Of a stretch of 64,000 nt of DNA, positions 17,807 to 27,663 are shown one piece after another. The stretch's first letter is position 1. Every line of letters begins with the position of its first letter. Source of the DNA: Candidatus Omnitrophota bacterium (GTDB lineage Bacteria > Omnitrophota > Gorgyraeia > Aquiviventales > Aquiviventaceae); the NCBI GenBank assembly GCA_023247275.1, contig JAHFGT010000005.1:124-64123 (forward strand), written 5' to 3'. A program made the position numbers and the translations under genes. Below the pieces are notes generated by a model that saw nothing but the letters and a program-made list of their open reading frames with translations, was not told where the DNA came from and did no database searches.

Positions 17807-19500
17807 ATACGGTCCGGAGCGCTGATGCCGAGTACCCCTAGGCCATTCGCCAACGTATGCCGCGTCGCCATGATCAACGCTAGCCGGGCGGCTGACTGCT
17901 CCTGATCATCGGTGATGACCCGGTGCTTGGTATAGAACACATGGAACACTTCGGCCAGTTTGCGCAGATAGGTGGTCACGCCGTGCGGTTCTAAGGCGCC
18001 CGCGCACATGCGCAAGATGATGGGGTACTGGAAAATCGTCCGCACGAGGAGCCGTTCCTCTTCGGCCTGAAGCCGCTCAAACGGCGGCGAGAGGGTTTGC
18101 AACGTCTCGCCAGCTTTGGCCAGAATACTGCAGATCCGCGCATGCGCGTATTGGACGTAATAGACCGGATTCTCCTGCGACTGCGATTTGGCCAATTCGA
18201 GATCGAAATCCAACTGGCTGTCCATCGTGCGCATCAGATAGAAAAATCGCGTGGCGTCCACGCCCACCTCATCCATGATCTCACGAAACGTCACAAACTC
18301 GCCCTGGCGCTTCGACATCGGCACCACGGTTCCGTGTCGGGACAGCGTGACCAGTTGGACGATTCGCACCTGCAGCCGATCGGCCGGTAACCCCAGAGCG
18401 GCGATCGCGGCTTTGACCCGGGCGATATACCCATGATGGTCTGGTCCCCATAGGTTGAGGAGATGGTCATAGCCGCGTTCGAATTTCCATTGATGATACG
18501 CGATATCCGGCGCCAAATAGGTGAGCTCGCCGTCACGCTTACGCACCACGCGGTCTTTGTCGTCACCGAATGTGGTCGACGCCAACCAGGTGGCGTCTTC
18601 AGCCTCGTAGAGCGCGCCCCTGGCTCGCAACTGCTCCAGCGCCGCCTCCAGCCGTCCAGAAGTTCGTAACCAGGTCTGACTGGTCCATTGATCAAAGGTC
18701 AATCCACCGGCGGCAAGATCCTGACGGATACACGCCAGCAACTGTTCCTTCGCAAAGGCCATGAACGTTGGGAGTGTGTCGGATTCAGGTGGTTCGACCA
18801 ACCGGTCGCCGAAGGTCGCTTGACACGCCTCAGCGACCGTACACAGGTAAGCGCCATGATAGCCGTCCTCCGGAATCGCCTGGTCACGACCAAACAACTG
18901 CACATATCGGACGCGGAGCGATCGGCCCAGTTGCTCCACCTGCCGGCCTTCATCGTTGAGATAGTATTCCGTGGTCACCTGCCAACCCTGGGAGCGTAGG
19001 AGTCGAGCCAGCACATCCCCGACAACCGCTTGACGGCCGTGGGCAACGCTCAACGGTCCGGTTGGGTTGGCGCTGACAAATTCGATATTGATAGACGGCG
19101 CAGGGGTTGTCTGAGCCGCTCCATACTGCGGTCCGCGAGCCAGCACGCCGCGCAGCACCTGGATCAAAGCCTCCTGCGAGAGAAACACATTCAGATACCC
19201 AGCTTTCGTCTCGACCCGCTCGACCCAGGGTTCGAGTCTAATCGCCCGGCACGATGCTAAGAACGTCTTGGATAAGAGATCCGCAATGATCGGAGGAGCT
19301 TGACGGCGAGCGCTGGCCAGCTTGAAGGCAAGAGAGTTCGACAAGTCACCGAAACTGGGATCCTTGGGAATCTCCCACCGCTGGGCGGATTCTGTGACGA
19401 GGGCCTGACGCTGGTCGGCGGGCTGTCCGTCCAGAAGCTGTGCGACCGCATGCCGCAACGCATCGCCAAGCTGTTGATCAATAGGGATCTGGCTGTTCAA
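17803..19500 (-). CDS. argS: Arginine--tRNA ligase
   Basis: FVSANPTGPLSVAHGR (HIGH region), VPMSKRQGEFVT (KMSK-like), and the C-terminal anticodon-binding DALR region. Confidence 0.9.
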   Translation of the reverse strand: MNSQIPIDQQLGDALRHAVAQLLDGQPADQRQALVTESAQRWEIPKDPSFGDLSNSLAFKLASARRQAPPIIADLLSKTFLASCRAIRLEPWVERVETKAGYLNVFLSQEALIQVLRGVLARGPQYGAAQTTPAPSINIEFVSANPTGPLSVAHGRQAVVGDVLARLLRSQGWQVTTEYYLNDEGRQVEQLGRSLRVRYVQLFGRDQAIPEDGYHGAYLCTVAEACQATFGDRLVEPPESDTLPTFMAFAKEQLLACIRQDLAAGGLTFDQWTSQTWLRTSGRLEAALEQLRARGALYEAEDATWLASTTFGDDKDRVVRKRDGELTYLAPDIAYHQWKFERGYDHLLNLWGPDHHGYIARVKAAIAALGLPADRLQVRIVQLVTLSRHGTVVPMSKRQGEFVTFREIMDEVGVDATRFFYLMRTMDSQLDFDLELAKSQSQENPVYYVQYAHARICSILAKAGETLQTLSPPFERLQAEEERLLVRTIFQYPIILRMCAGALEPHGVTTYLRKLAEVFHVFYTKHRVITDDQEQSAARLALIMATRHTLANGLGVLGISAPDRM

Positions 19501-19553
19501 GAGACACCCTCATGGTGACAGCAGATAGAACGGCAGGAAAACCAGCGACTGAG

Positions 19554-19958
19554 TTAATTGGAAGGAACGGTGATCCGCGGGGCGTCTGCCCAGAGCTCCT
19601 CCAGTCGGTAGAACGCTCTGGCCCGTGGATCGAGGAGATGAACCACTACATCGCCGCCATCCAACAGGACCCAACGCGGATCAGACGGCGATCGACTGCT
19701 CCCGTGCCCATCGCCCTCAATATGTCGGATCGGCGAGCCCAGACGGTCAAAGACGACCGTGACATGCTCCCTGAGCGCGTCGATCTGTGGGGCGCTACCC
19801 GCAGTGCAGAGAACAAAAAAATCGGTCACGCTGGACAGCGCGCGCAGATCCATGACGACGACATCCTCGGCTTGCTTGTCCATCGCCGCCTGCGCGGCGG
19901 CGACAGCTTTCAATTCGCTCTGTGGTTCCGCGCGTCGTGGGGTGGCTGCCGCCGTCAT
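19554..19958 (-). CDS. rsfS: Ribosome silencing factor RsfS (iojap)
   Basis: AMDKQAEDVVVMDLRALSSVTDFFVLCTAGSAPQIDAL...WVLLDGGDVVVHLLDPRARAFYRLEELW. The start is set at ATG 19958. Confidence 0.8.
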   Translation of the reverse strand: MTAAATPRRAEPQSELKAVAAAQAAMDKQAEDVVVMDLRALSSVTDFFVLCTAGSAPQIDALREHVTVVFDRLGSPIRHIEGDGHGSSRSPSDPRWVLLDGGDVVVHLLDPRARAFYRLEELWADAPRITVPSN

Positions 19959-20013
19959 CAGGTTCCGAGCCGACACGGCACCGGAACACGCCGCGTCGAA
20001 CACGGACGATGAT

Positions 20014-20154
20014 TCACGAACTCATAATGCGATACAGCCCAGTGCCGCAGGTGGGGCACTTCCCCTTCATGGCCGAGCGACCATTCTTCATCTTCACCGG
20101 CTTGGGGTCCTTCATCTCTCTCTTTGCCTTGCACTTCACGCAGTACGCCTCCAT
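20014..20154 (-). CDS. Small zinc-ribbon protein (46 aa), resembles the DUF5679 family
   Basis: Not in the ORF track (<60 aa). My own translation is MEAYCVKCKAKREMKDPKPVKMKNGRSAMKGKCPTCGTGLYRIMSS, with two CxxC pairs. AGGAGG sits 5 nt upstream of the ATG. Confidence 0.6.
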   Translation of the reverse strand: MEAYCVKCKAKREMKDPKPVKMKNGRSAMKGKCPTCGTGLYRIMSS

Positions 20155-20238
20155 GGAGCCTCCTTCTGTTCTGTGTTGTGCCGCCTCCCACAGCTGGCAC
20201 TGCTGCGTCGCGACCGCGCTGGTGCAGCAAGCAGCGAC

Positions 20239-20268
20239 AGCCTAGCATGCCCCCACTGGCACTGTCAA
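20239..20268 (-). promoter_or_regulatory. Candidate sigma70-type promoter for the small zinc-ribbon gene
   Basis: On the minus strand: TTGACA (20268..20263), 18 nt, TAGGCT (20244..20239). It lies ~85 nt upstream of the ATG at 20154. Confidence 0.3.
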
Positions 20269-20287
20269 GCGAACCAGGCTGGACCGA

Positions 20288-21286
20288 TTAACGGTGCGGT
20301 TCCTCATGAATCTCACCGACAATCTCTTCCAAGAGATCTTCGATGGTCACCAGCCCGACGGTTTTGCCCTTGGCATCCTGCACGATGGCGATCTGCCGCT
20401 TGTCGCGCTGGAATTCGCTCAGCAGTTCAGCCATCCGCTTGGTCTCTCGCACGATCGCGATCGGTCGGATCAAGTCTGACAGCACGAACAGACTCCCATG
20501 CCGCACCATGGCGAGCAAATCCCTGGCGTACAACACGCCAACGACCTGATCCAGCGATCCTTGATAGACCGGGATCCGTGAATGTCCTTGCTCGATGAGG
20601 ACATCCAGCGCTTGATCCGATTTGGCGGCGAGATCGATCCCGGCGATGTGCGTACGGGGAATCATGGCATCCTGTACGACCGAGTCGCTGAACTCAAAGA
20701 TCCGATGGAGCAGCCGAAGCTCCTGCTCGGCTAAGACGCCGGCCTCTCGGCCCATTTGGATCATCACTTTGATTTCTTCTTCGGTCACCAGCGGGGATCG
20801 GCGTTTGATGGGGATTCGCAGTAACCGGAGCAGCCACCGGCCGGCCCACGTGAAAAACGTCGCCACCGGGTACAGGAGCTTCATCAGGATATTGAGCGGC
20901 CCGGCCATAACAAACGCGACCGTTTCTGGATGGGTGGCCGCGAACATCTTCGGAGTGATCTCTCCAACGAGCAGCAGGACGGTCGCGACAACCGGGGTCG
21001 CCAATACCAGGCCATGCTCAGAGCCGTAGAGGTTGACGAGGATCCAGGTGGCCAGGACCGAGAGTCCAACACTGACCAAATTGTTCGCCACCAATAGCGT
21101 GCCAATCACATGATCCAACTGGGTCAGGAGGTGATAGGTCAGCCGCGCGCGGCGATGGCCTTGCTCCATCAGATGTCTGAGCCGAACCTTGTTGATGGAC
21201 AGCATCGCCGCTTCGGAGGCGGAAAACACGGCAGAGAGCAACAGTAGGACACCCAACAACACCAGGATCGGCACGGTCACCACCAT
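20288..21286 (-). CDS. CNNM/DUF21 transmembrane domain + CBS pair protein (HlyC/CorC family, no C-terminal CorC domain)
   Basis: N-terminus LLLLSAVFSASEAAMLSINKVRLRHL (DUF21). A CBS pair region follows, and the protein ends right after it (332 aa). Confidence 0.8.
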   Translation of the reverse strand: MVVTVPILVLLGVLLLLSAVFSASEAAMLSINKVRLRHLMEQGHRRARLTYHLLTQLDHVIGTLLVANNLVSVGLSVLATWILVNLYGSEHGLVLATPVVATVLLLVGEITPKMFAATHPETVAFVMAGPLNILMKLLYPVATFFTWAGRWLLRLLRIPIKRRSPLVTEEEIKVMIQMGREAGVLAEQELRLLHRIFEFSDSVVQDAMIPRTHIAGIDLAAKSDQALDVLIEQGHSRIPVYQGSLDQVVGVLYARDLLAMVRHGSLFVLSDLIRPIAIVRETKRMAELLSEFQRDKRQIAIVQDAKGKTVGLVTIEDLLEEIVGEIHEEPHR

Positions 21287-21295
21287 CGCAACGAG

Positions 21296-21868
21296 TTACC
21301 TGCCCCGAGGGGGATACAGATGGTGATCCGCGATATAGCGTTCAACCGCTGACGGAACCAGAAATCGGATGGATCGTCCACCTCGGCATCGCGCGCGAAT
21401 ATCGGATGAGGAAATCTCGATGAGCGGCATGGATAACTGCCGGATTCCCGGCTGGCGCCGCGCGACGGAGACACCTGCCCGGGTGGCCACCACAACCGTG
21501 CAGAGTCGCTTGATCTGGTCCCAGTGCGCCCATCGCACCTGCAACAGATCTTGACCGACCAGCAAGAACAGTGTGGCCATGGGCAACTGCTGCCGCACGA
21601 TACGGACCGTCTCAATCGAGTACGATGTTCCAGGACGTTGGAGCTCGATATCAGAGACGACAAACGCCGGCTGGCCTTGGATCGCCCGTTGGACCAACTC
21701 CATTCGTACGGCCGCCGGCAACAGGCCGCGACTGGATTTGTGCGGGGGTTTTGCCGAGGGAATGAACACCACTCGATCGAGCGCGAGCGTGTCCCGTGCC
21801 GTCTCAGCCAGAATCAGATGACCCAGGTGAATTGGATTAAAACTCCCACCAAAGATTCCAATCCGCAT
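21296..21868 (-). CDS. nadD: Nicotinate-nucleotide adenylyltransferase
   Basis: MRIGIFGGSFNPIHLGHL and ISSSDIR motifs. The start is set at ATG 21868. Confidence 0.85.
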   Translation of the reverse strand: MRIGIFGGSFNPIHLGHLILAETARDTLALDRVVFIPSAKPPHKSSRGLLPAAVRMELVQRAIQGQPAFVVSDIELQRPGTSYSIETVRIVRQQLPMATLFLLVGQDLLQVRWAHWDQIKRLCTVVVATRAGVSVARRQPGIRQLSMPLIEISSSDIRARCRGGRSIRFLVPSAVERYIADHHLYPPRGR

Positions 21869-21910
21869 CACCGATCGACCCGACCCCTCATACCGCACAC
21901 CGAGTTCATC

Positions 21911-23170
21911 TCATGTCCTGACCTGTCCGGAGCCGATGACGACATACTTATAGGTCGTGAGCTCTTCCAAGCCCATCGGGCCACGCGCGTGGAGCCGGTC
22001 GGTGCTGATGCCAATTTCAGCCCCGAGGCCGAATTGAAACCCATCGGTGAATCGAGTCGAGGCGTTCACATAGACCGCGGCTGAATCGACTTCACGCACG
22101 AACCGTTCGGCATGCGACGGATCCTCCGTGACGATGGCATCCGAGTGCGCCGACCCATACGTCCGAATATGCCGGATGGCCTCGTCGAGTGCTGTGACCA
22201 CTCGTACCGATAACACCAGATCCAGATATTCTGTTGACCAATCGGCTTCAGTTGCGGCGGCGACATCAGGCATGAGTGCTCTGGTGCGCTCGCAGCCGCG
22301 GATCTCCACGCCGGCCTGGCGGAGCGCGGTGATGACCTGGGGCAGGAAGGCCGAAGCGATACGCTCATGGATCAGTAACGTCTCCATCGCATTGCAGGTG
22401 GCCGGTCGTTGGCACTTAGCGTTGATGGCGATCTGCTGCGCCATCGTCAGATCGGCCGCCTCGTCCACGAACACATGGCAGACGCCTTTCGCATGTTTGA
22501 TGACCGGAATCCTGGAGGACTCCACGATCTTTCGAATTAAAGCTTCCCCACCCCGCGGGATGATGACATCGATGGCCTGATCCAGTTCAAGTAAGACATC
22601 AATCGCCGCGCGAGCGGCTGACGGCACCGTGGTGATCGCAGCCTCTGGCAACCCGACCGAGTGCACACCTTGGCTTAAGGCCGCGCGGATCGCCTGGTTC
22701 GAACGAAACGACTCTGCGCCGCCTCGGAGTACCACCGCGTTCCCACTTTTGATGCACAGCGCCGCGCAGTCGCTGGTGACGTTGGGTCGGGCCTCATAAA
22801 TGATTCCAATCACCCCGAGCGGCACCCGGACTTTGCGAATCTCCAGCCCATTGGGTCGGTGCCAGCGGCTGATGACCTGCCCCACCGGGTCAGGTAATGC
22901 GACGACCGCTTCCATCGAGGCCACCATCTCCTGAAACCGAGCCGGGGTGAGCGTGAGCCGATCCACGAATGCGCCAGACAGCCCATCGGCCTTGGCCGAA
23001 GCCACCTCCTCCTGATTCACCGCTACAATGTCCGGTTCTGCTCGCCGGAGCGCGTGAGCCATGGCCTGCAGTGCCGTGTTCTTCTGCTCGGTTGGTGCTT
23101 GCGCCAGAATCCTTGCGGCCGATTGAGCCGCTTGCACGGCCTGGATGACTTCCTGACGGAGCGGTGTCAT
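21911..23170 (-). CDS. proA: Glutamate-5-semialdehyde dehydrogenase
   Basis: Full-length ProA-like sequence (VPLGVIGIIYEARPNVT, catalytic NAMETLL.. region, NASTRFTDG). ATGA overlap with proB. Confidence 0.9.
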   Translation of the reverse strand: MTPLRQEVIQAVQAAQSAARILAQAPTEQKNTALQAMAHALRRAEPDIVAVNQEEVASAKADGLSGAFVDRLTLTPARFQEMVASMEAVVALPDPVGQVISRWHRPNGLEIRKVRVPLGVIGIIYEARPNVTSDCAALCIKSGNAVVLRGGAESFRSNQAIRAALSQGVHSVGLPEAAITTVPSAARAAIDVLLELDQAIDVIIPRGGEALIRKIVESSRIPVIKHAKGVCHVFVDEAADLTMAQQIAINAKCQRPATCNAMETLLIHERIASAFLPQVITALRQAGVEIRGCERTRALMPDVAAATEADWSTEYLDLVLSVRVVTALDEAIRHIRTYGSAHSDAIVTEDPSHAERFVREVDSAAVYVNASTRFTDGFQFGLGAEIGISTDRLHARGPMGLEELTTYKYVVIGSGQVRT

Positions 23171-24288
23171 TGGGGGGTGTCCTGGAGCAATACGAGCTGG
23201 TTGCGATGGATCACTTCACGCACCGGCCGGCCCAGCTCTTGACTCGCTGGCGCGCTCTTGAGGCCTTGGATCCGATTCAACTCTGCCGAGGAATATGCGC
23301 AGATTCCCCGCCCGAGTTCTCGCCCGCCGGATTCCACGATCGCGATGCACGCTCCGGACTCGAACCGTCCCTGGATTTCTTGGATCCCTGACGCCAGCAA
23401 GCTTCTCCCCTGCTCGATGAGGGCGCGTGCCGCGCCGGAATCAATGACGACCGTGCCATGGGGCCGACGCAGCGCAAACGCAATCCACCATTGCTTCGAG
23501 GTCAACCGGCTGCGCGGCGGAACAAAGACGGTCCCGAGCGTCTGGCCAGCTACTAGGCGGGTCAGCGTGCCGGCGGTCGTGCCATTGGCAATGATCATCG
23601 GGATTCCGCTATGCCCGGCGATTCGGGCGGCCTCAAGCTTTGAGGCCATTCCGCCCTTCGTGGTCTGCCGCTGGGCGCTGCCAGCGGCTGACCGATGTGT
23701 TTGATTGACGACGTCAATCTGGTCCACGACCCGTCCATCCTGGAGAAATCCGTCCACATCCGACAGCACCACCAGCCCCTGCGCGCTAATCGCTGAGGCG
23801 ACCAACGCCGCCAATCGGTCGTTGTCACCGAACGTGATTTCTTCGACAGCGACAGTATCGTTCTCGTTGACGATCGGAACGATTCGACGATGCAGCAAGG
23901 CGAGCAGCGTCTGCTTGGCGTTTCGAAATCTCGACCGAGTGGACAGATCGTCTTGCGTCAGCAGGAGCTGGCCCACCCGGATCCGGTGACGCGCGAACGA
24001 CTGCGTATAGACATGCATCAAGAGCCCTTGCCCCACCGCCGCGCAGGCTTGTAGCTGCGCCAACGATTTCGGCCGCTGGCGTAACTCCAGCTCGGCCATC
24101 CCGCACGCGATGGCGCCAGACGACACCAACACGACCTGGCGGCTCTGGGCTCGACACGCGGCAATCTGATCCACCAACTGATCGATGCGTGACGGCAGCC
24201 ACTGCCCGTGGGCATTGGTCAACACGCTGCTGCCGATCTTGACGACGAGCCGTTTCAACAACTGTTGGAGAGAATCTCTGGTGGTCAT
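23167..24288 (-). CDS. proB: Glutamate 5-kinase with PUA domain
   Basis: VVKIGSSVLT, VLVSSGAIA, ITFGDNDRLAA, and a C-terminal PUA-like region. Confidence 0.9.
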   Translation of the reverse strand: MTTRDSLQQLLKRLVVKIGSSVLTNAHGQWLPSRIDQLVDQIAACRAQSRQVVLVSSGAIACGMAELELRQRPKSLAQLQACAAVGQGLLMHVYTQSFARHRIRVGQLLLTQDDLSTRSRFRNAKQTLLALLHRRIVPIVNENDTVAVEEITFGDNDRLAALVASAISAQGLVVLSDVDGFLQDGRVVDQIDVVNQTHRSAAGSAQRQTTKGGMASKLEAARIAGHSGIPMIIANGTTAGTLTRLVAGQTLGTVFVPPRSRLTSKQWWIAFALRRPHGTVVIDSGAARALIEQGRSLLASGIQEIQGRFESGACIAIVESGGRELGRGICAYSSAELNRIQGLKSAPASQELGRPVREVIHRNQLVLLQDTPQ

Positions 24289-25334
24289 TCCAGAGGACTC
24301 TGCTGTCCGAGCGCCCGGATCAACGCAGGAATGCCTTCACCGGTCGCGCAGGACACCGGCCACACCGGCTGGTGAACCGCCCGCTTGAACCGAGCAAGGT
24401 TCGCCTTCGCCTGTGGGAGGTCGATCTTGTTGGCAACGAGCACTTGAGGTTTCTTCATGAGATGGTGTTCATACGCGGCCAGCTCTTGGTTCACCTGGGC
24501 CACCGCATCCACCGGGTCGTGCTGATCCACGCCGGCCAGATCCACCACATGCACCAAGACGCTGGTGCGCTCGATATGACGCAAAAACTGCAGCCCAAGC
24601 CCGCGCCCCTGGTGTGCTCCCTCGATCAACCCAGGGATGTCGCACGCCACCAGCGTTCGTTCTGAGTCCAGTCGCACAACGCCCAGCACCGGGTACCGCG
24701 TCGTAAAGGGGTACGCGGCCACCTTCGGATGCGCCGTGGATATTCTGGTCAGGAGCGATGATTTGCCCGCATTCGGCAGACCGATGAGTCCCACATCGGC
24801 AATGAGCTTGAGTTCCAGGATGAGCCGTCGGCGTTCACCCAGCATGCCAGCCGTGGCCGCCTGGTCATCTTCGAGCGACTGTCGGGCACGTCGTCGGGCG
24901 ACGGCTTGCACCCGCTTGGTTTTCGGCAGGGCACGCGGCACGCCACGACTGCCGTTTCCGAATCCCCCGCGGCCGCCTTTGACGACGACGCACGATTCTT
25001 CTAGCCGGGTGAAATCTTTCAACACCAGGCCCGACTCGACCTCGCGCACTACGGTCCCGACCGGGACGCGAATCACCAGGTCATCTCCTCGTTTGCCTGT
25101 CCGGGTGTTGCTGCTGCCATGGCCGCCACGCGCCGCGGCAAATTGTGTCCGAAATTGGAAATCGAGCAGGGTGGCAAGGTTCAGGTCGGCCAGAAGGACG
25201 ACATCCCCCCCGCGTCCACCATCGCCACCGTCAGGATAGGGATATCGAATATAGGGAGGTTGCGCGAATGAATAGCAGCCACGTCCGCCGTCTCCGGCTT
25301 TAACCGTGATCTCGGCCTGGTCGACAAACACCAT
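24285..25334 (-). CDS. obg: GTPase Obg/CgtA
   Basis: FVDQAEITVKAGDGGRGCYSF (Obg fold) and G1 motif GLPNAGKSSL. About 20 extra residues lie between the Obg fold and the GTPase domain. The start is set at ATG 25334. Confidence 0.9.
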   Translation of the reverse strand: MVFVDQAEITVKAGDGGRGCYSFAQPPYIRYPYPDGGDGGRGGDVVLLADLNLATLLDFQFRTQFAAARGGHGSSNTRTGKRGDDLVIRVPVGTVVREVESGLVLKDFTRLEESCVVVKGGRGGFGNGSRGVPRALPKTKRVQAVARRRARQSLEDDQAATAGMLGERRRLILELKLIADVGLIGLPNAGKSSLLTRISTAHPKVAAYPFTTRYPVLGVVRLDSERTLVACDIPGLIEGAHQGRGLGLQFLRHIERTSVLVHVVDLAGVDQHDPVDAVAQVNQELAAYEHHLMKKPQVLVANKIDLPQAKANLARFKRAVHQPVWPVSCATGEGIPALIRALGQQSPLE

Positions 25335-25387
25335 GATGGGGCAGACAGCGGAGGGTCGCGACGGCCTAACGGCTGTGCGCAACCGTG

Positions 25388-25660
25388 TTAGGAAGGCGTG
25401 CGTGAGCCGGCTGGAGCGGCAAGCGGCTCAATGCTGACGACGCGGGGCTTGGGAAATCGCACGATGCCATCCCGCTTCGCATAGAGGGTCCAATCACTGC
25501 CGGTCCCGACATACCAACCAGCACGGAACACCGTGCCGCGTTGTCGCACCAGGATCGACCCGGCCGTGACCCATTGCCCCTCAAACCGTTTGATCCCGAG
25601 TCGACGGCCGGCGCTATCACGACCGTTCTTTGTTGAACCTGCACCGGCTTTATGGGCCAT
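25388..25660 (-). CDS. rpmA: 50S ribosomal protein L27
   Basis: [43 protein letters not shown]. Confidence 0.95.
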   Translation of the reverse strand: MAHKAGAGSTKNGRDSAGRRLGIKRFEGQWVTAGSILVRQRGTVFRAGWYVGTGSDWTLYAKRDGIVRFPKPRVVSIEPLAAPAGSRTPS

Positions 25661-25663
25661 CGC

Positions 25664-26131
25664 TTAGCTCCTTGCGCTCTTCGTCTTCGGGGCTGGGCGC
25701 GCGGTCTTGGCTTTGGTCGGTACCTGTGCAGTGGCCCGCGATGCGATGGGTGAGGGTTTCGCTTTCTTCGCAGGTGCCGTCACCGAGATGTGCTCGGCAG
25801 CCTGGGGCGCGGCAGCCCCAGACAACAGGATGTCCTTCACGATGAGCCGGGTCAGCCGTTGCCGATGTCCAACCGTTTTGCGCCAGTTTTCCCGTCTGCG
25901 GTATTTATAGGTAATGACCTTCGGCCCCAGCCGATGTTCGACGACCTGGCAGACGACTTGCGCCCCGGTGACATATGGCCGACCGACCTGAGGTTGCTGG
26001 CCATCGTGCGCAAGCAGCACTCGCTCAACCAGATGTTCAGCGCCCACATCGGTGCTGAGTCGGTTCACGTCCAGTCGTGAGCCTGGCATGACCTTCCACT
26101 GCCGCCCACTGAGTTCGATAATTGCGTACAT
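25664..26131 (-). CDS. rplU: 50S ribosomal protein L21 with Ala/Lys/Pro-rich C-terminal extension
   Basis: MYAIIELSGRQWKV...VITYKYRRRENWRKTVGHRQ. The start at ATG 26131 is supported by the promoter that lies inside the longer track ORF. Confidence 0.9.
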   Translation of the reverse strand: MYAIIELSGRQWKVMPGSRLDVNRLSTDVGAEHLVERVLLAHDGQQPQVGRPYVTGAQVVCQVVEHRLGPKVITYKYRRRENWRKTVGHRQRLTRLIVKDILLSGAAAPQAAEHISVTAPAKKAKPSPIASRATAQVPTKAKTARPAPKTKSARS

Positions 26132-26168
26132 GGGATTGCCTCGCATGACGTTGGTGAGGAAAGGTCTG

Positions 26169-26197
26169 AGTATAGCTGAAATCCCGACGTCGGTCAA
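26169..26197 (-). promoter_or_regulatory. Sigma70-type promoter of the rplU-rpmA-obg... gene string
   Basis: On the minus strand: TTGACC (26197..26192), 17 nt, TATACT (26174..26169). It lies 37 nt upstream of the rplU ATG. Confidence 0.5.
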
Positions 26198-26215
26198 TAG
26201 GAGGACAGGTGAGGG

Positions 26216-27001
26216 TCATGGGGCGCGCGATGACAAGGACCGGTTCGGCGTCGTGGGTTTTCGGACATAGGCCGAAGATTTTGTGGGCCGGACGATCGCC
26301 TGATCCATTACTCCCACCCGCTGCAGAAACTCCTGGACCGCGGTGCGGCAGCCGGGCCATTGGCCGTAGTCATCGAAGACAATGAACCCGCCTGGCACGA
26401 CTTTATCATAGAAAGCGTGCAGCACCGTCTTGACCGATGCGTACCAGTCCACATCGATGTGCAGCGCGGCAATCTGCTCTACCGCAGCGGTCGGCAAGGT
26501 CTGTTCAAACCACCCGGCACCGATATGCAGCCGGTCCGGCGAAACCCCATGCGCGACCATGATCTGCTGAACCCGAGCCATATCCCCGGTGCACCAGCCT
26601 GGGAAAAATCTTCGGCGTTCGTTCATCCCGTCCTGTTCGCCAGGTGCTGGCAGGCCTTGAAACGAATCAAAAAGCCAGAACGATCGGCGATCCAGCCAGT
26701 CATCATCACGACATGCCGCGGCCATAATCGCCGCCGAGCCGCCATGCCATGTTCCGCATTCCACGATATCACCGACCAACTCCAGCGCATTCGCTTGCTG
26801 CACGATATCATAGAGCGCCGCGAGTCGATTCGGGGCGACCATAGTATAGCGGGGCGTGACTTGGAGCGCCAGCCTGGCCACTCGCCATGACCTGGCCGAT
26901 GGGCGACGCACGACCAGCCCCATCGCCCCGCCCACCGCACGTCCGAGCAAGAAGGTTTTGCCCAACACAAAATCCGGTGAAAAAAGTTTCGTCGGGTTCA
27001 T
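26216..27001 (-). CDS. TylF/macrocin-O-methyltransferase-like SAM-dependent methyltransferase
   Basis: DIVECGTWHGGSAAIMA and LHIDVDWYASVKTVLHAFYDKVVPGGFIVFDDYGQWPGCRTAVQEF. The start at ATG 27001 forms an ATGA overlap with the upstream gene. Confidence 0.7.
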   Translation of the reverse strand: MNPTKLFSPDFVLGKTFLLGRAVGGAMGLVVRRPSARSWRVARLALQVTPRYTMVAPNRLAALYDIVQQANALELVGDIVECGTWHGGSAAIMAAACRDDDWLDRRSFWLFDSFQGLPAPGEQDGMNERRRFFPGWCTGDMARVQQIMVAHGVSPDRLHIGAGWFEQTLPTAAVEQIAALHIDVDWYASVKTVLHAFYDKVVPGGFIVFDDYGQWPGCRTAVQEFLQRVGVMDQAIVRPTKSSAYVRKPTTPNRSLSSRAP

Positions 27002-27663
27002 TCCGGTTTCACGCACACAACCGTCGCGGTGATATAAGCCGACCAGGCTGGCTGAGGGATGACCTGCTGGACTGTGTAGCCAACCTGCTCCAACATCTCG
27101 CGCCATTCGCCGGCTGACCTAAACCGCAATTTCTCTTTCCCGGCATAGAGGACCCATTCCAAGAGCCAGTTGAAGAGAAAATACCGCACGCGTCGTTGCT
27201 GGTCAGTCTCCCGCATCACCAGGACCCCGCCGGGAGTCAACCGATCGTAGAGATCGGCTAAGATCGGCTGCTGCTCTGTGTAGGGCACATGATGCAGGAC
27301 ATCGGCAATCACCGCTCCATCAAACGTCGCCTCGCTCGGCAGCTGGCGTGAGTCGCTCAACAAGAATTGGATATTGCTCCGCTGACCGATGGTCTGTTGG
27401 GCAGCGCGCACCCGCCCCGTATCCACGTCAATGCCGAGTACCAGGCGCTGGGGAGCCTCAAGGCTGAGGTAATTAGCCAGATAGCCGTAGCCGCATCCGA
27501 GATCCAAGATTCTCCCTTGCCGAGGTATGTGCCGGCTGAACTGCTCGAACGGAATGAGGGAGAATTTCAGGACGGTATAAAGCCTGGCCCACAGGGTCCC
27601 AGGATATAGCGCGGCTACCTGCCGGCGGAGCATACGCTCTGACTGCGGACCAGACAGGGTCAT
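26998..27663 (-). CDS. Class I SAM-dependent methyltransferase
   Basis: RILDLGCGYGYLANYL (motif I), DGAVIADVLHHV and LTPGGVLVMRE. The start at ATG 27663 forms an ATGA overlap with the GT2 stop. Confidence 0.7.
   Translation of the reverse strand: MTLSGPQSERMLRRQVAALYPGTLWARLYTVLKFSLIPFEQFSRHIPRQGRILDLGCGYGYLANYLSLEAPQRLVLGIDVDTGRVRAAQQTIGQRSNIQFLLSDSRQLPSEATFDGAVIADVLHHVPYTEQQPILADLYDRLTPGGVLVMRETDQQRRVRYFLFNWLLEWVLYAGKEKLRFRSAGEWREMLEQVGYTVQQVIPQPAWSAYITATVVCVKPE

Noticed and set aside
24700-24960. Obg insertion (~20 extra residues, SRGVPRALPKTKRVQAVARRRARQSLEDDQAATAG) and the L21 C-terminal Ala/Lys/Pro tail as possible novel domains.
   Set aside because: These are low-complexity basic linkers or tails of the kind frequently seen as lineage-specific extensions of ribosome-associated proteins. 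There is no evidence for an independent function from sequence alone.
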